DNA from: Deferribacterales bacterium
GTDB lineage: Bacteria; Chrysiogenota; Deferribacteres; Deferribacterales; Geovibrionaceae
Assembly: GCA_050251875.1 (NCBI GenBank)
Contig: JBFWMA010000002.1
Location: 32,001 to 96,000, forward strand
Direction: 5' to 3'
Length of the DNA stretch: 64,000 bases
Below are positions 27,813 to 37,552 of this stretch, one piece after another; the first letter of the stretch is position 1; each line of letters opens with the position of its first letter. The notes below the pieces were generated by a model. The model worked only from the letters and a program-made list of their open reading frames with translations, was not told the origin of the DNA and did not search any database. The position numbers were made by a program, and so were the translations under genes.

Positions 27813-28733
27813 ATGAGGTTGTGTTCAGTTTTTTCAAAAGTGAAGGCACACACGGCAAAGGTGCTCTTGGCGCTGGTCGCGGCAGTTTTTTTCATGTCCG
27901 CCCCAGTGACTTATGCGCAGGATTACGCCATCGGTTCCGAAGGTATCAAGGCGGGTACCGTTCCCGGTCCCGGTTTCTATTATCTTATGTATAACCAGAT
28001 ATATTCTTCCGACACGCTGAAGGACGAAAACGGTGACGAGATCGACAACGGTTTCGATCTGCACACCTTCGCGAACGTGCACAGGTTTGTGTGGATGACA
28101 GATAAAAAGTTTCTGGGGGCGGATTACGGCATGAATATCATCATTCCTCTGGTGAGTGTTGATATAGACATAGACGCTGCGGACATAAGCGAGTCCAGCT
28201 TTAATGTGGGTGATATAATTCTGGAACCCGTGACACTGGCATGGCACGGCGACAGATATGATCTGGCTTTGGGGCTGGCTCTCTTTGTCCCCACAGGATA
28301 TTATGACGAGGACGATGCCTCATCCATAGGCAAAGACCACTACACCTTCATGCTCACCACCGGAGGCACATATTATCCGGACGCCGCAAAAAAATGGAGT
28401 CTCTCCATTCTCACCAGATATGAAAAACACTTCGAAAACCGTGACAAAGACGTCACATACGGCGATGACTTCAGCTTTGACTGGGGTATCGGCAGAAAGA
28501 TAGGTCTGTTCGATGTGGGTGTTTCCGGATACGCTCACTGGCAGTTATCTGACGATGACGGTGACGATGCAGCTTCAGAAGTGAAAGACCATATCATGGG
28601 CATAGGACCCGAAGTGGACATAGATATCCCCGCTATCAAGGGACAGGTAAGGTTTAAGTATTATAAAGAGTTTGATGCCGAAGACACCAACGAAGGCGAT
28701 GCCTTCTGGGTTACACTGGTGAAGGCATTCTAA
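27813..28733 (+). CDS. SphA / phenol meta-pathway family outer-membrane beta-barrel channel
   Basis: Signal peptide; GSEGIKAGTVPGPGFY; GDIILEP; FVPTGYYD; terminal Phe; AGGAGG RBS. Confidence 0.85.
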   Translation: MRLCSVFSKVKAHTAKVLLALVAAVFFMSAPVTYAQDYAIGSEGIKAGTVPGPGFYYLMYNQIYSSDTLKDENGDEIDNGFDLHTFANVHRFVWMTDKKFLGADYGMNIIIPLVSVDIDIDAADISESSFNVGDIILEPVTLAWHGDRYDLALGLALFVPTGYYDEDDASSIGKDHYTFMLTTGGTYYPDAAKKWSLSILTRYEKHFENRDKDVTYGDDFSFDWGIGRKIGLFDVGVSGYAHWQLSDDDGDDAASEVKDHIMGIGPEVDIDIPAIKGQVRFKYYKEFDAEDTNEGDAFWVTLVKAF

Positions 28734-28774
28734 CATTGCTTCCTCCTTGTATTGACCCGCACGCATGACAACCT

Positions 28775-28816
28775 GCATAAGACCGTCCTTAGGGGCGGTC
28801 TTATGCGTTATTTTTT
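28775..28816 (+). terminator. Intrinsic terminator
   Basis: GCATAAGACCGTCC-TTAG-GGGCGGTCTTATGC followed by a T-rich tail. Confidence 0.75.
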
Positions 28817-28905
28817 ATATTCCTTGACACATTGACCGCTTACTGGCAGTATATCGGGCTTTGCCTTTGGCAATATTCATCGTATAATAGTGCATGGAGA
28901 TATAA

Positions 28906-30111
28906 ATGGATTTTAACAAAAAGAGCGAGATTCTGATAACCTGCCCGAAAGAGATTCCCCAATATCTGGAAGCGGAGCTGAAAGCGCTGGGCTTTCCTGT
29001 TCTTTATAGCCGCAAGGCGGCAGTGGCGACCGAAGGCACGCTCAATGACTGCATTTTTCTGAACATGCACATCCGCACCGGACACCGTGTCCTGTGGTGT
29101 CTGGACAAATACCGCATACAGAACCCCGATGTCCTCTACAAAAACGGAAAGAAACTCCCTTGGGAGGATATCATTCCCCAGAAGGGATATTTCAGTGTTT
29201 CAGCCAGCGTTCTGAACGACACTATAAAAGATACACGCTTCGCCTCTTATAAACTGAAAGACGCCATAGTCGACCGTATCAGAGAGAAAAACGGTTCCAG
29301 ACCCGACTCCGGACCGAAAGAAGACAAAACAGTCATCTTCCTCTACTGGAAAGAGAACGACTGCGCCGTCTATCTCGATACATCAGGCGAGCCCCTCTCC
29401 AGAAGAGGATACAGAACCAACCCGAACAAAGCTCCCATGCAGGAGACTTTGGCGGCGGCTGTTCTGATGGCGGCGAAATATGACGGCTCCACCGGATTTG
29501 TAAACCCAATGTGCGGAAGCGGCACACTGAGCATCGAGGCGGCTATGATAGCCACCAATACTCCCGCCGGAGCATTCCGTAAGAATTTCGGCTTCATGCA
29601 CATAACCGGATACGATCCCAAGGTATATGAATCCGTGCGCAAAAAGGCGATGGACGGCGTTCGCAAGAAATCCGACATCAAAATACAGGCGTCAGACATC
29701 AGCCGTGAGGCAGTGATTGCGGCTCAGCAGAACATAAACAACGCCGGATTCGAGAACATAATCCACGTTCAGAGATGCGATTTCAGAGACAGCCACCTGC
29801 CCAAAAGCGGCGAGTTCATTCTGGTGGTTAACCCTGAATACGGCGTGCGTCTGGGCGATGTGGAGGCTCTGGCTCCCACATATGAGGCTCTGGGCGATTT
29901 CTTCAAACAGAAGTGCAAGGGAAGCAGATGCTTCATCTTCACAGGCAACCTCGATCTGGCTAAGAAAGTCGGGCTGAAGGCGGCCAGAAGACACATCTTC
30001 CACAACTCAAACATTGAGTGCCGTCTGATGGAATACGAAATGTATGAAGGCACAAAGAAAATATATAATGATTCGCCAAAAGAGGAAAAATCTGATACAA
30101 TAAAGCAGTAA
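28906..30111 (+). CDS. THUMP-domain SAM-dependent rRNA methyltransferase (RlmL-like)
   Basis: LDTSGEPLSRRGYR, APMQETLAAA, PMCGSGT, NPEYG. Confidence 0.88.
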   Translation: MDFNKKSEILITCPKEIPQYLEAELKALGFPVLYSRKAAVATEGTLNDCIFLNMHIRTGHRVLWCLDKYRIQNPDVLYKNGKKLPWEDIIPQKGYFSVSASVLNDTIKDTRFASYKLKDAIVDRIREKNGSRPDSGPKEDKTVIFLYWKENDCAVYLDTSGEPLSRRGYRTNPNKAPMQETLAAAVLMAAKYDGSTGFVNPMCGSGTLSIEAAMIATNTPAGAFRKNFGFMHITGYDPKVYESVRKKAMDGVRKKSDIKIQASDISREAVIAAQQNINNAGFENIIHVQRCDFRDSHLPKSGEFILVVNPEYGVRLGDVEALAPTYEALGDFFKQKCKGSRCFIFTGNLDLAKKVGLKAARRHIFHNSNIECRLMEYEMYEGTKKIYNDSPKEEKSDTIKQ

Positions 30112-30126
30112 TAACAAAGGTGAATT

Positions 30127-30345
30127 ATGCTTCGTACAGGTTCTTTAATATTTATTGCCTCTCTCATTCTGGGCTTCAAGTTTAAGTTTTTCTGGCTTGT
30201 GGCTCTGGTCATAGTCATGCTCTACATCATTCTTGTCCCATACTATTTTCTGGTGATGAAGACATGTGTTAACTGCGGCTCAAAAAATCCGCCGTTCAAC
30301 AAAAAATGTTCCTGCTGCGGTGAGGAGAACTGGCGCAGACAGTGA
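30127..30345 (+). CDS. Small membrane protein with a C-terminal zinc ribbon
   Basis: Hydrophobic N-terminus, CVNCG...CSCCG. Confidence 0.55.
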   Translation: MLRTGSLIFIASLILGFKFKFFWLVALVIVMLYIILVPYYFLVMKTCVNCGSKNPPFNKKCSCCGEENWRRQ

Positions 30346-30385
30346 AACCTGTTGACCCTCTCAGCATGAGAATATACAATTCCTG

Positions 30386-33199
30386 ATGCTGAGTGTTGAG
30401 AATGTCGTAAACTATATCCGAAAGTCCAGATTTGCCGGGCACATCGCCTTCGACCATGTTTTTGACGGCAAAAACGCCGAAACGGTTCCTCTGGATATCA
30501 TCGACTCAGACATAATCAGAGACGCTCTCTCGGACACGGGCATAGATGAGCTCTATACGCATCAGGCACAGAGCTATGAGGCTGTGCGTTCCGGAAAAAA
30601 CGTTCTGATAACAACACCCACAGCGTCCGGAAAATCACTCTGCTATAACCTGCCCATCATCGAGGACATCTACCATAACAGAAATGTGAACGCCCTTTAT
30701 TTATTTCCTCTGAAAGCGCTGGGCAGAGACCAGAAGAGGGCGCTGGACAATTTTCTGGATCATATACCGCTGGGCTCCGGCATAGGGCTGGCTGTGGTGG
30801 ACGGCGACACAGATAAAAAACTCCGCAGAAAGATACAGAAGGACAGACCGAACATCATTTTCAGCAATCCGGATATTCTGCATTATTCTATTTTGTCCAA
30901 GAGAAACGAATGGGCTGATTTTCTGGCAGGGCTGAAATATATCGTGGTGGACGAGCTCCACACATACAGAGGCGTTTTCGGCAACCACGTTTATAATCTG
31001 TTTGCCAGATTCATGCGCCTGTATCCGCATGTGAGGATAATCTCATGCTCCGCCACCATAGGCAACCCGAAAGAGCTGGCAGAGACAATGTTCTCCCGTC
31101 CGTTTCACCATATATCGCAGAACGGCGCTCCGCAGGGCAGGCGGCATTTCATCATGATGAGTCCGGATGTTCCGGTCACCACCATGTCCGGTTTTCTGCT
31201 GAAAACCAACATAGAGTCGGGGCTGAAGACCATCTGTTTCACAAAATCCAGAAACCAGACAGAACGCATATTTTCTAACCTGCTCCACGCCGACCCCGGA
31301 TACGCAAAGACTGTGTCGTCTTACCGTGCCGGATTTCTGCCGGAGGAGCGCAGAGAGATAGAAAAAGACCTGACCGAAGGAAGGCTGAAGGCAGTGGTGT
31401 CCACATCCGCCTTTGAGCTGGGCATAGACATAGGCGGGGTGGACTGCACCATTCTCGCCGGATATCCGGGTTCGCTCATGAGTCTGTGGCAGAGAGCGGG
31501 CAGAAGCGGCAGGCGGGGGACAGACAGCCTGATTATCCTGATAGCCGGCAATGACGCTCTGGATCAGTATTATGTGAAACATCCGGAAAAGCTGTATCAG
31601 GGGACTTTTGAGAACGTGGTGCTGGACACGGAGAACGAGATAGTCAACCGGGCGCATATCAGATGCGCGGCGTATGAGCGCCCCATCAGCACAGGAGAGG
31701 AATATTACAAAAAGCACCGTGAGCTCATAGACAAGATGGCTGTGGAGAGCGGGCTGTTCATAAACGGGGAAGGGACGGAGTTCTTCACTCTGGCGAAATA
31801 CCCGTATATGGAGGTTGATCTGCGCATGGCTGGCGACAGCTACACCATACACTGCGGTAATACGCTGATAGCCACGGCATCCGGCAGACGGGCGTATATG
31901 GAGAATTTCCCCGGAGCCGTCTATCTGCACAGGGGCAATAATTTTATCATCAAGACCGTGGACAAAGCGAAGAAAGAGATTCACGCCGAACCCTTCAACG
32001 GCAACTACTATACAATGGCGAATACCACCAAACAGACCATGGTGGAGAAAAATATCAAAGAGCGTGAGGTTAGAGGGATATCCGCCTCGTTCTGCTCTCT
32101 GAAAGTTACCGAACAGCTCGTGGGATTCTCGAAAATATCGTCCCGCACCGGAGAGAAGATTTCCGATAACGAGCTGGAGGAACAGCCTATAACGTTCATC
32201 ACCAAAGGGCTGTATGTGCTGATTCCGGAAGCTGTGAAAAGAGCTGTGGAGGATGCCGGATATAATTTTATGGGCAGCATCCACGCCTTCGAGCATGCCA
32301 TGATAACCATGATACCGCTCTACTGCCTCGCCGCCCGTGACGATGTGGGGGGAATATCCTATCCGTATCATCCACAGCTTCAGAGTTCCGCCGTTTTCAT
32401 GTATGACGCATATCCGGGCGGGATAGGGATAAACGAGCGGGTGTACGGCATGATAGACACTCTGACGGAAAAGACGCTGGAGCTGGTGAAAGGATGCGAC
32501 TGCGAGAGCGGATGTCCGGCGTGTATCTATTCGCCGAAATGCGGCAGCGGAAACTATCCTCTGGACAAAGAGGGCGCCGTGATGATTCTGGAGATGCTTC
32601 TGAAAGGAGGGTTTGAGACAGTGAAAGCCGAAGTGACAGAAAAGCCGAGAACCGACATGCTGGTTTACGATATAGAGACCAAACACTCAGCCGAGGATGT
32701 GGGCGGGTGGAAGTTTTCCAATAAAATGGGGATTTCTGTCGCCGTGATATATTCATTTGAAAAAGACGAGTATGAAGTATATACCGAAGACATGGCGGAG
32801 GCGTTCATCAGCCGTCTGGAATCGGCTAAGATCATAGCCGGATTCAACAATATCGGTTTCGACAACAAAGTTATCAGCGGATACAGACAGGCGGATTTTT
32901 CAAAGACGATAGTTTTTGATATTCTGGCGGATGTGCTGAACACCACGGGCAGACGCTTCTCTCTGGACAATATCGCCGGAGCGACCATCGGTGCGCAGAA
33001 ATCTGCGGACGGGCTTCAGGCTTTGCAGTGGTATAAAGAGGGCAGGATCGACCTGATAGCCGAATACTGCAAGAAGGATGTCGAGGTTACGAAAGACCTT
33101 CTGGTGCACGGGATGAAAGACGGATATGTCAACGCCGTGCTGAAAGAGGGCGCTTTTATAAGAATACCTGTTAGCTGGAACAGTCTTAAAGGAATGTGA
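30386..33199 (+). CDS. DEAD/DEAH helicase with DUF1998 fused to an RNase_H_2/DnaQ-like exonuclease (MrfA-MrfB-like)
   Basis: LYTHQ, TPTASGKS, DELH, SAT, QRAGRSGR, CDCESGCPAC; C-terminal YDIET...GFNNIGFD...YCKKDV. Confidence 0.9.
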   Translation: MLSVENVVNYIRKSRFAGHIAFDHVFDGKNAETVPLDIIDSDIIRDALSDTGIDELYTHQAQSYEAVRSGKNVLITTPTASGKSLCYNLPIIEDIYHNRNVNALYLFPLKALGRDQKRALDNFLDHIPLGSGIGLAVVDGDTDKKLRRKIQKDRPNIIFSNPDILHYSILSKRNEWADFLAGLKYIVVDELHTYRGVFGNHVYNLFARFMRLYPHVRIISCSATIGNPKELAETMFSRPFHHISQNGAPQGRRHFIMMSPDVPVTTMSGFLLKTNIESGLKTICFTKSRNQTERIFSNLLHADPGYAKTVSSYRAGFLPEERREIEKDLTEGRLKAVVSTSAFELGIDIGGVDCTILAGYPGSLMSLWQRAGRSGRRGTDSLIILIAGNDALDQYYVKHPEKLYQGTFENVVLDTENEIVNRAHIRCAAYERPISTGEEYYKKHRELIDKMAVESGLFINGEGTEFFTLAKYPYMEVDLRMAGDSYTIHCGNTLIATASGRRAYMENFPGAVYLHRGNNFIIKTVDKAKKEIHAEPFNGNYYTMANTTKQTMVEKNIKEREVRGISASFCSLKVTEQLVGFSKISSRTGEKISDNELEEQPITFITKGLYVLIPEAVKRAVEDAGYNFMGSIHAFEHAMITMIPLYCLAARDDVGGISYPYHPQLQSSAVFMYDAYPGGIGINERVYGMIDTLTEKTLELVKGCDCESGCPACIYSPKCGSGNYPLDKEGAVMILEMLLKGGFETVKAEVTEKPRTDMLVYDIETKHSAEDVGGWKFSNKMGISVAVIYSFEKDEYEVYTEDMAEAFISRLESAKIIAGFNNIGFDNKVISGYRQADFSKTIVFDILADVLNTTGRRFSLDNIAGATIGAQKSADGLQALQWYKEGRIDLIAEYCKKDVEVTKDLLVHGMKDGYVNAVLKEGAFIRIPVSWNSLKGM

Positions 33200-33223
33200 C
33201 AGCAGAGATTATCTATCGGAAAA

Positions 33224-33405
33224 GTATCGGTAAAAGTTCAGGACGAACTTTTACCGCAATGTTTATAAAACTTCACGGATGAAGTTCGTGTAGTGAATGA
33301 AGCCGCTTTTAGCGGGTGAATGAACGGAACGTAAGTGCAGCGAGGATTATTCCGAGCGAAACGGTATCGGGAAAAGTTCAGGACGAACTTTTCCCGCAAT
33401 GTTTA
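33224..33405. repeat. Structured intergenic repeat, ~1.3 units of a 140-bp module
   Basis: GTATCGGnAAAAGTTCAGGACGAACTTTTnCCGCAATGTTTA at 33224 and 33364; interior matches the reverse complement of 51901-52208. Confidence 0.9.
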
Positions 33406-33406
33406 A

Positions 33407-35062
33407 TCAGGACGCTTTGGGTTTTGAATAGACCATCACCTGCGCTATGTTGTAAACGTGGTCGCCGGCCTTTTCCAGATTATTTACTATATCTACAAAG
33501 ATGATTCCGGAATTAATATTGCATCTTCCTTCGTTCAGTCTCTGCATGTGATTGTTCTTATATTTCTTTCTCATGATGTCGATCAGCTCTTCATCATTCA
33601 GGTCGATGTCCCATGTGCTCTTGTCGGCGATCAGCTGTTCTATGGCTGTTCTGGCGAACCTCATAACCACATCGAACATCTCTTTGATCTCTTTGTCCGC
33701 CTCTTCGCTGAATTTCATCTCTTTCTTCAGCATTTTGTCGGTGAAACGGGTTATGTTTTCGGCGTTGTCGCCCAGTTTTTCCAGGTTGGATATGACATGC
33801 GACAGGTCATTGATAAGTTTAGCTGTTTCGGCGCTGATGTTCTGCTGCGAAAGCAGGGTGAGGAATTCCGAAAACTCCTTCTCGAACTGATCCAGCCGTT
33901 CTTCCAGAACCTTGATCTCCGGCAGGCGGGACGCTTTCGTCATGTATGAGTCATAAGCCAGATTCAGCATGTCTATGGAAATCTTGGACATGTTGGCAAC
34001 CTCTTTTTTCGCCTGAGCAATGGCGATGGAGGGTGTTTTTATGATGTTGTTGTCCAGACGGAATATTTTGTTGGTGTCGGGTTTTTCGCCTTTAATAACT
34101 TTTTCGCAGAGTCTGGCGAGTATGTGGAGGAAAGGCAGAAACAGGATAGTGTTTATAATGTTGAATGCTGTGTGCAGGTTGGCTATGTGTCGGGCAATAT
34201 TGGGCTTGGATCCGTCAGCGGCTACAAAATCCACTGCTCCTGGCGTCCACATGTCCACGAAGTGGATCAGCACATTCAGGAAAATCAGCATGTACGCCAC
34301 ACCGATGAAGTTGAACAGGAAGTGACCGAATGCCGCCTGTTTGGCCGTTCTGTTGGCTCCTATCGCCGCTAGATTCGCCGTTATTGTTGTTCCGATGTTT
34401 TCACCCAGAACAAGAGCCGCAGCCGCGGGAAAGTCCAGCAGACCGGTGGTCGCCATGGCGATGGTGATACCGATGGTGGCGGAGCTGGACTGAACTATCA
34501 GAGTGAGCATAGCGCCCGCAAAAGCAGCCGCAATGGGGTTTCCGGAGAAGAACAGGAACATGTGACGGAAGCTCTCCATATCCCTTAAGGGAACGAAAGA
34601 GTGCGTCATGGTCTCCATTCCGAAGAAGAGCAGACCGAATCCCAGTGTGATCTCTCCGTAATATTTTATTTTCGGGTTTTTGCTGAACATTGCGAAGACA
34701 ACGCCTATGCCTATAGCAGGGAGCGCCATCTTGGTAATTTTAAAAGCGATAAGCTGAGCTGTGATGGTGGTACCTATGTTTGCGCCGAAAACAACGCTCA
34801 GCGCCTGAAACAGGTCCATGAGACCGGCATTCACGAATCCGACAACCATAACGGTGGTGGCGGACGAACTCTGGATTATCATTGTAACCATAGCTCCGAC
34901 GAAAGTACCGATTACTCTGTTGGACGTAAATTTTTCGATTATTTTCTTAAGACCGGCTCCGGCTGTTTTTTGCAGCCCTTCTGACATGAGCTTCATTCCG
35001 TAGAGGAACATTCCCAGTCCCCCGGCGAAGCCGAATAGTATGTTGACCCATGTAGAACTCAT
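33407..35062 (-). CDS. Na+/Pi cotransporter family protein with C-terminal PhoU-like domains
   Basis: Two QSSSAT repeats, GANIGTT/GENIGTT, LEKLGDNAENI. Confidence 0.93.
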   Translation of the reverse strand: MSSTWVNILFGFAGGLGMFLYGMKLMSEGLQKTAGAGLKKIIEKFTSNRVIGTFVGAMVTMIIQSSSATTVMVVGFVNAGLMDLFQALSVVFGANIGTTITAQLIAFKITKMALPAIGIGVVFAMFSKNPKIKYYGEITLGFGLLFFGMETMTHSFVPLRDMESFRHMFLFFSGNPIAAAFAGAMLTLIVQSSSATIGITIAMATTGLLDFPAAAALVLGENIGTTITANLAAIGANRTAKQAAFGHFLFNFIGVAYMLIFLNVLIHFVDMWTPGAVDFVAADGSKPNIARHIANLHTAFNIINTILFLPFLHILARLCEKVIKGEKPDTNKIFRLDNNIIKTPSIAIAQAKKEVANMSKISIDMLNLAYDSYMTKASRLPEIKVLEERLDQFEKEFSEFLTLLSQQNISAETAKLINDLSHVISNLEKLGDNAENITRFTDKMLKKEMKFSEEADKEIKEMFDVVMRFARTAIEQLIADKSTWDIDLNDEELIDIMRKKYKNNHMQRLNEGRCNINSGIIFVDIVNNLEKAGDHVYNIAQVMVYSKPKAS

Positions 35063-35139
35063 GTATCACCGCCACATTTAATCAGTGACAGAATACAGAA
35101 CGGTTAAAAAAATGCAAGATAAAAGTCAGATAAATGTTA

Positions 35140-35156
35140 TGTTAAATTTTTGTCAA
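35140..35156 (-). promoter_or_regulatory. Probable Pho box upstream of the Na/Pi transporter
   Basis: Minus strand TTGACA-N5-TTAACA (11-bp period), same half-site as upstream of phoU. Confidence 0.45.
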
Positions 35157-35157
35157 A

Positions 35158-36882
35158 TCAGGCATTATGCTCAATTTTCTCCTTCTCTTCAAGGATTACG
35201 GAGAATGTGTTGCCGCCTCTTTCGTTGCTTTTTACAGATACCTCACCGTTGTAAAGAGAGACTATGTGTTTTACTATGGAGAGTCCGAGTCCAGTGCCTG
35301 TGGCGTTCTGATTCTTTGATTTGTCCATGGTGTAGAATCTCTCAAAAATTCTCTGCTGTTCATCCTCGGGGATTGCGGGGCCTTCGTCCTCCACAGCCAG
35401 AACAACCCTGCCGGAAGCCGGATCGGAATACATCTTGATATATATATTCTTACCTTTGGAATATTTCACAGCGTTGTCTGTGAGATTGGTTATGAGACTC
35501 ACCAGATGCTCGCGCAGGATATGCACGTCATCGGATGTGTAGTCTGTATTCACAGTCATGGGGCAGTCTTTGTAGAAGTTTTTGATCTCGTCAAAGAGAT
35601 CCTCTATGTTCGTAGGTTCTTCCACGGTTATCTCTTCTCTCAGCATCTCCAGCTTGTGCAGTTTCAGAATATCGTTTATCAGCAGATTCAGCCTGTTTGA
35701 GCTGTTGTAGATGATGTTGATGAATTTATCATGAAATTTTCTGTCCATCTCGGGATCGTTCATGATGGTTTCTGAGTAGCCCATTATCATAGCCAGAGGA
35801 GTTTTGAGCTCGTGCGTGATATTGCCCACCAGCTCGGTTTTGAACTGCTCGTATTCGGCTCTCTCTGTTATGTCGAAAAAGGCGATCAGTTTTTCGTTCT
35901 CGAAAATTCTTACGAAAACTTCAAATATCTTGCCTTTCAGGTTCTTTTGCAGTTTTTTTGATTCCTCAGCTCCCACAACCTCTGTCAGAAAGGATATTGC
36001 TTCCATGTTGTTGGTTTGTCTGAGGATGTTTTCGCCGATGTTTATCTTGATGCCCAGATAGTGTGACGCCTTAGAGTTGTAGTGCATCACGTTGTTTTTG
36101 CTGTCTAAGAGGATGATTCCCTCGTCCAGTATGCTGAAGATATGGTTCAGCTTCTGTTTTTCCTGTTCCAGCTGCTTTGTCTTCTGGTTCATGGAGTTAT
36201 AGATGCGGTAGATCACACTGACAAGTTTAGTCATTGTCTTGTCTGAGAAGGAGGGAAAATATATTTTGCTTTCTCCCGCCTCTATCTTGTCCGCCACCTC
36301 TGACAGCTTTTGTATGGGGCTGCTGAGTCTTCTGGCGAGATAGAGGGCTATGAACGCCACTATTATCAGCAGGCTGACATAGAGTGTCACGTTCTGCTGG
36401 AGCATGTTTGCCTGAAGAGCGTCAATGTAAGACATGGGATAGGCGATACGCAGGACTATATCATCGTTGTATCTGACAGCGTAGTAGTTCATGGATTCTT
36501 CCGCCGTGGTGCTTCTTCTTACGGAAGAACCTTCATCGCTGTTCAGGGCGTTTATCACTTCCGGTCTTTTGGAGTGGTTTTCCATGGTCTGTATCTTTTC
36601 ATAGCTGTAGTATGAATCGTCGATGACCTTACCGTCTTTTCTGATTATAGTTATCCTCAGATTGGTGTTCTGTGATATGCCGGAGATGATGGCATGTATA
36701 TCCGGATCGAACTGCGTGCTCAGTTTATAGCCTTTCAGGAGCTCAGCTTTGGTTCTCATTTCCTGCGCCAGCTCTTTTGTGGCGTTGTCTATGGCCGCCT
36801 TGTTGGCTATTTTGTATCCTGCGCCTATGAGAATGGCGATGGGGATGAATATTATCAGAAAAACTTTAAGGTAAGATCTCAT
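35158..36882 (-). CDS. phoR: Phosphate regulon sensor kinase
   Basis: MENHSKRPEV periplasmic motif, HAMP, ITHELKTPL, RIFERFY, GTGLGL; operon with phoB and phoU. Confidence 0.88.
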   Translation of the reverse strand: MRSYLKVFLIIFIPIAILIGAGYKIANKAAIDNATKELAQEMRTKAELLKGYKLSTQFDPDIHAIISGISQNTNLRITIIRKDGKVIDDSYYSYEKIQTMENHSKRPEVINALNSDEGSSVRRSTTAEESMNYYAVRYNDDIVLRIAYPMSYIDALQANMLQQNVTLYVSLLIIVAFIALYLARRLSSPIQKLSEVADKIEAGESKIYFPSFSDKTMTKLVSVIYRIYNSMNQKTKQLEQEKQKLNHIFSILDEGIILLDSKNNVMHYNSKASHYLGIKINIGENILRQTNNMEAISFLTEVVGAEESKKLQKNLKGKIFEVFVRIFENEKLIAFFDITERAEYEQFKTELVGNITHELKTPLAMIMGYSETIMNDPEMDRKFHDKFINIIYNSSNRLNLLINDILKLHKLEMLREEITVEEPTNIEDLFDEIKNFYKDCPMTVNTDYTSDDVHILREHLVSLITNLTDNAVKYSKGKNIYIKMYSDPASGRVVLAVEDEGPAIPEDEQQRIFERFYTMDKSKNQNATGTGLGLSIVKHIVSLYNGEVSVKSNERGGNTFSVILEEKEKIEHNA

Positions 36883-37550
36883 ATGTCCGCTCTGTATCCT
36901 ATTTTTGGTACTGATTTTATAAACGCGCCCTTTTCGCCCAGTTTTTTTCTGAGTGACGAAACGTGGGTGTCAACCGTTCTGGTGTAAACATCAGATTCGT
37001 AACCCCATACGGCGTTCAGAATCTGGTTTCTTGTAAAAACTCTTTTAGGATGCTTCAGAAGCATCAGCAGAAGCTCATATTCCTTGTTGGTCAGGCTGAC
37101 ATCGTCGCCGTCAACCGTCACAGTGTAGTTGCCTGTGTCTATGTTGATGCCGTTGATGGAGATGATCTTCGATTTTATAGACGGGTTTCTGCGGAGGATG
37201 GCGTTTATCTTCGCCACCAGTATCTTTATGCTGAACGGTTTCGTCAGATAGTCGTCAGCTCCCATCTCCAGCCCGTTTATGATATCCTGTTCGGTATTCT
37301 TGGCGGATATGATGATGATAGGCACACCGGAAAACTTTTTGTTGTTTCTGACTATCTGCAGAAACTGCATTCCCTTGAGCCCTGGCAGCATCAGGTCCAG
37401 CAGGATGATATCCACATCGTTGTTTTCCAGATGTATCAGCCCCTCGTTAGCGTTGTCGAAACAGATGGTTTCGCAGTTCTCTCTAGTGAGGTTGTAGGAG
37501 ATGAGATCCCTGATCTCTTCGTGGTCTTCGATAACCAGAACTTTCATCAT
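36879..37550 (-). CDS. phoB: OmpR/PhoB-family response regulator
   Basis: LLDLMLPG, GADDYLTKPF, TRTVDTHV; between phoU and phoR. Confidence 0.88.
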   Translation of the reverse strand: MMKVLVIEDHEEIRDLISYNLTRENCETICFDNANEGLIHLENNDVDIILLDLMLPGLKGMQFLQIVRNNKKFSGVPIIIISAKNTEQDIINGLEMGADDYLTKPFSIKILVAKINAILRRNPSIKSKIISINGINIDTGNYTVTVDGDDVSLTNKEYELLLMLLKHPKRVFTRNQILNAVWGYESDVYTRTVDTHVSSLRKKLGEKGAFIKSVPKIGYRADI

Positions 37551-37552
37551 GA

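Noticed and set aside
31043..32686. 547-aa antisense ORF (likewise 7196..8095, 12112..12933, 44733..45461, 48007..48765)
   Set aside because: Shadow frames opposite well-supported genes, with no recognisable motifs.
30386..33199. DISARM/Druantia defence locus based on DUF1998
   Set aside because: No methylase, PLD or partner helicase genes nearby; the context is housekeeping and the architecture fits MrfA/Hrq1.
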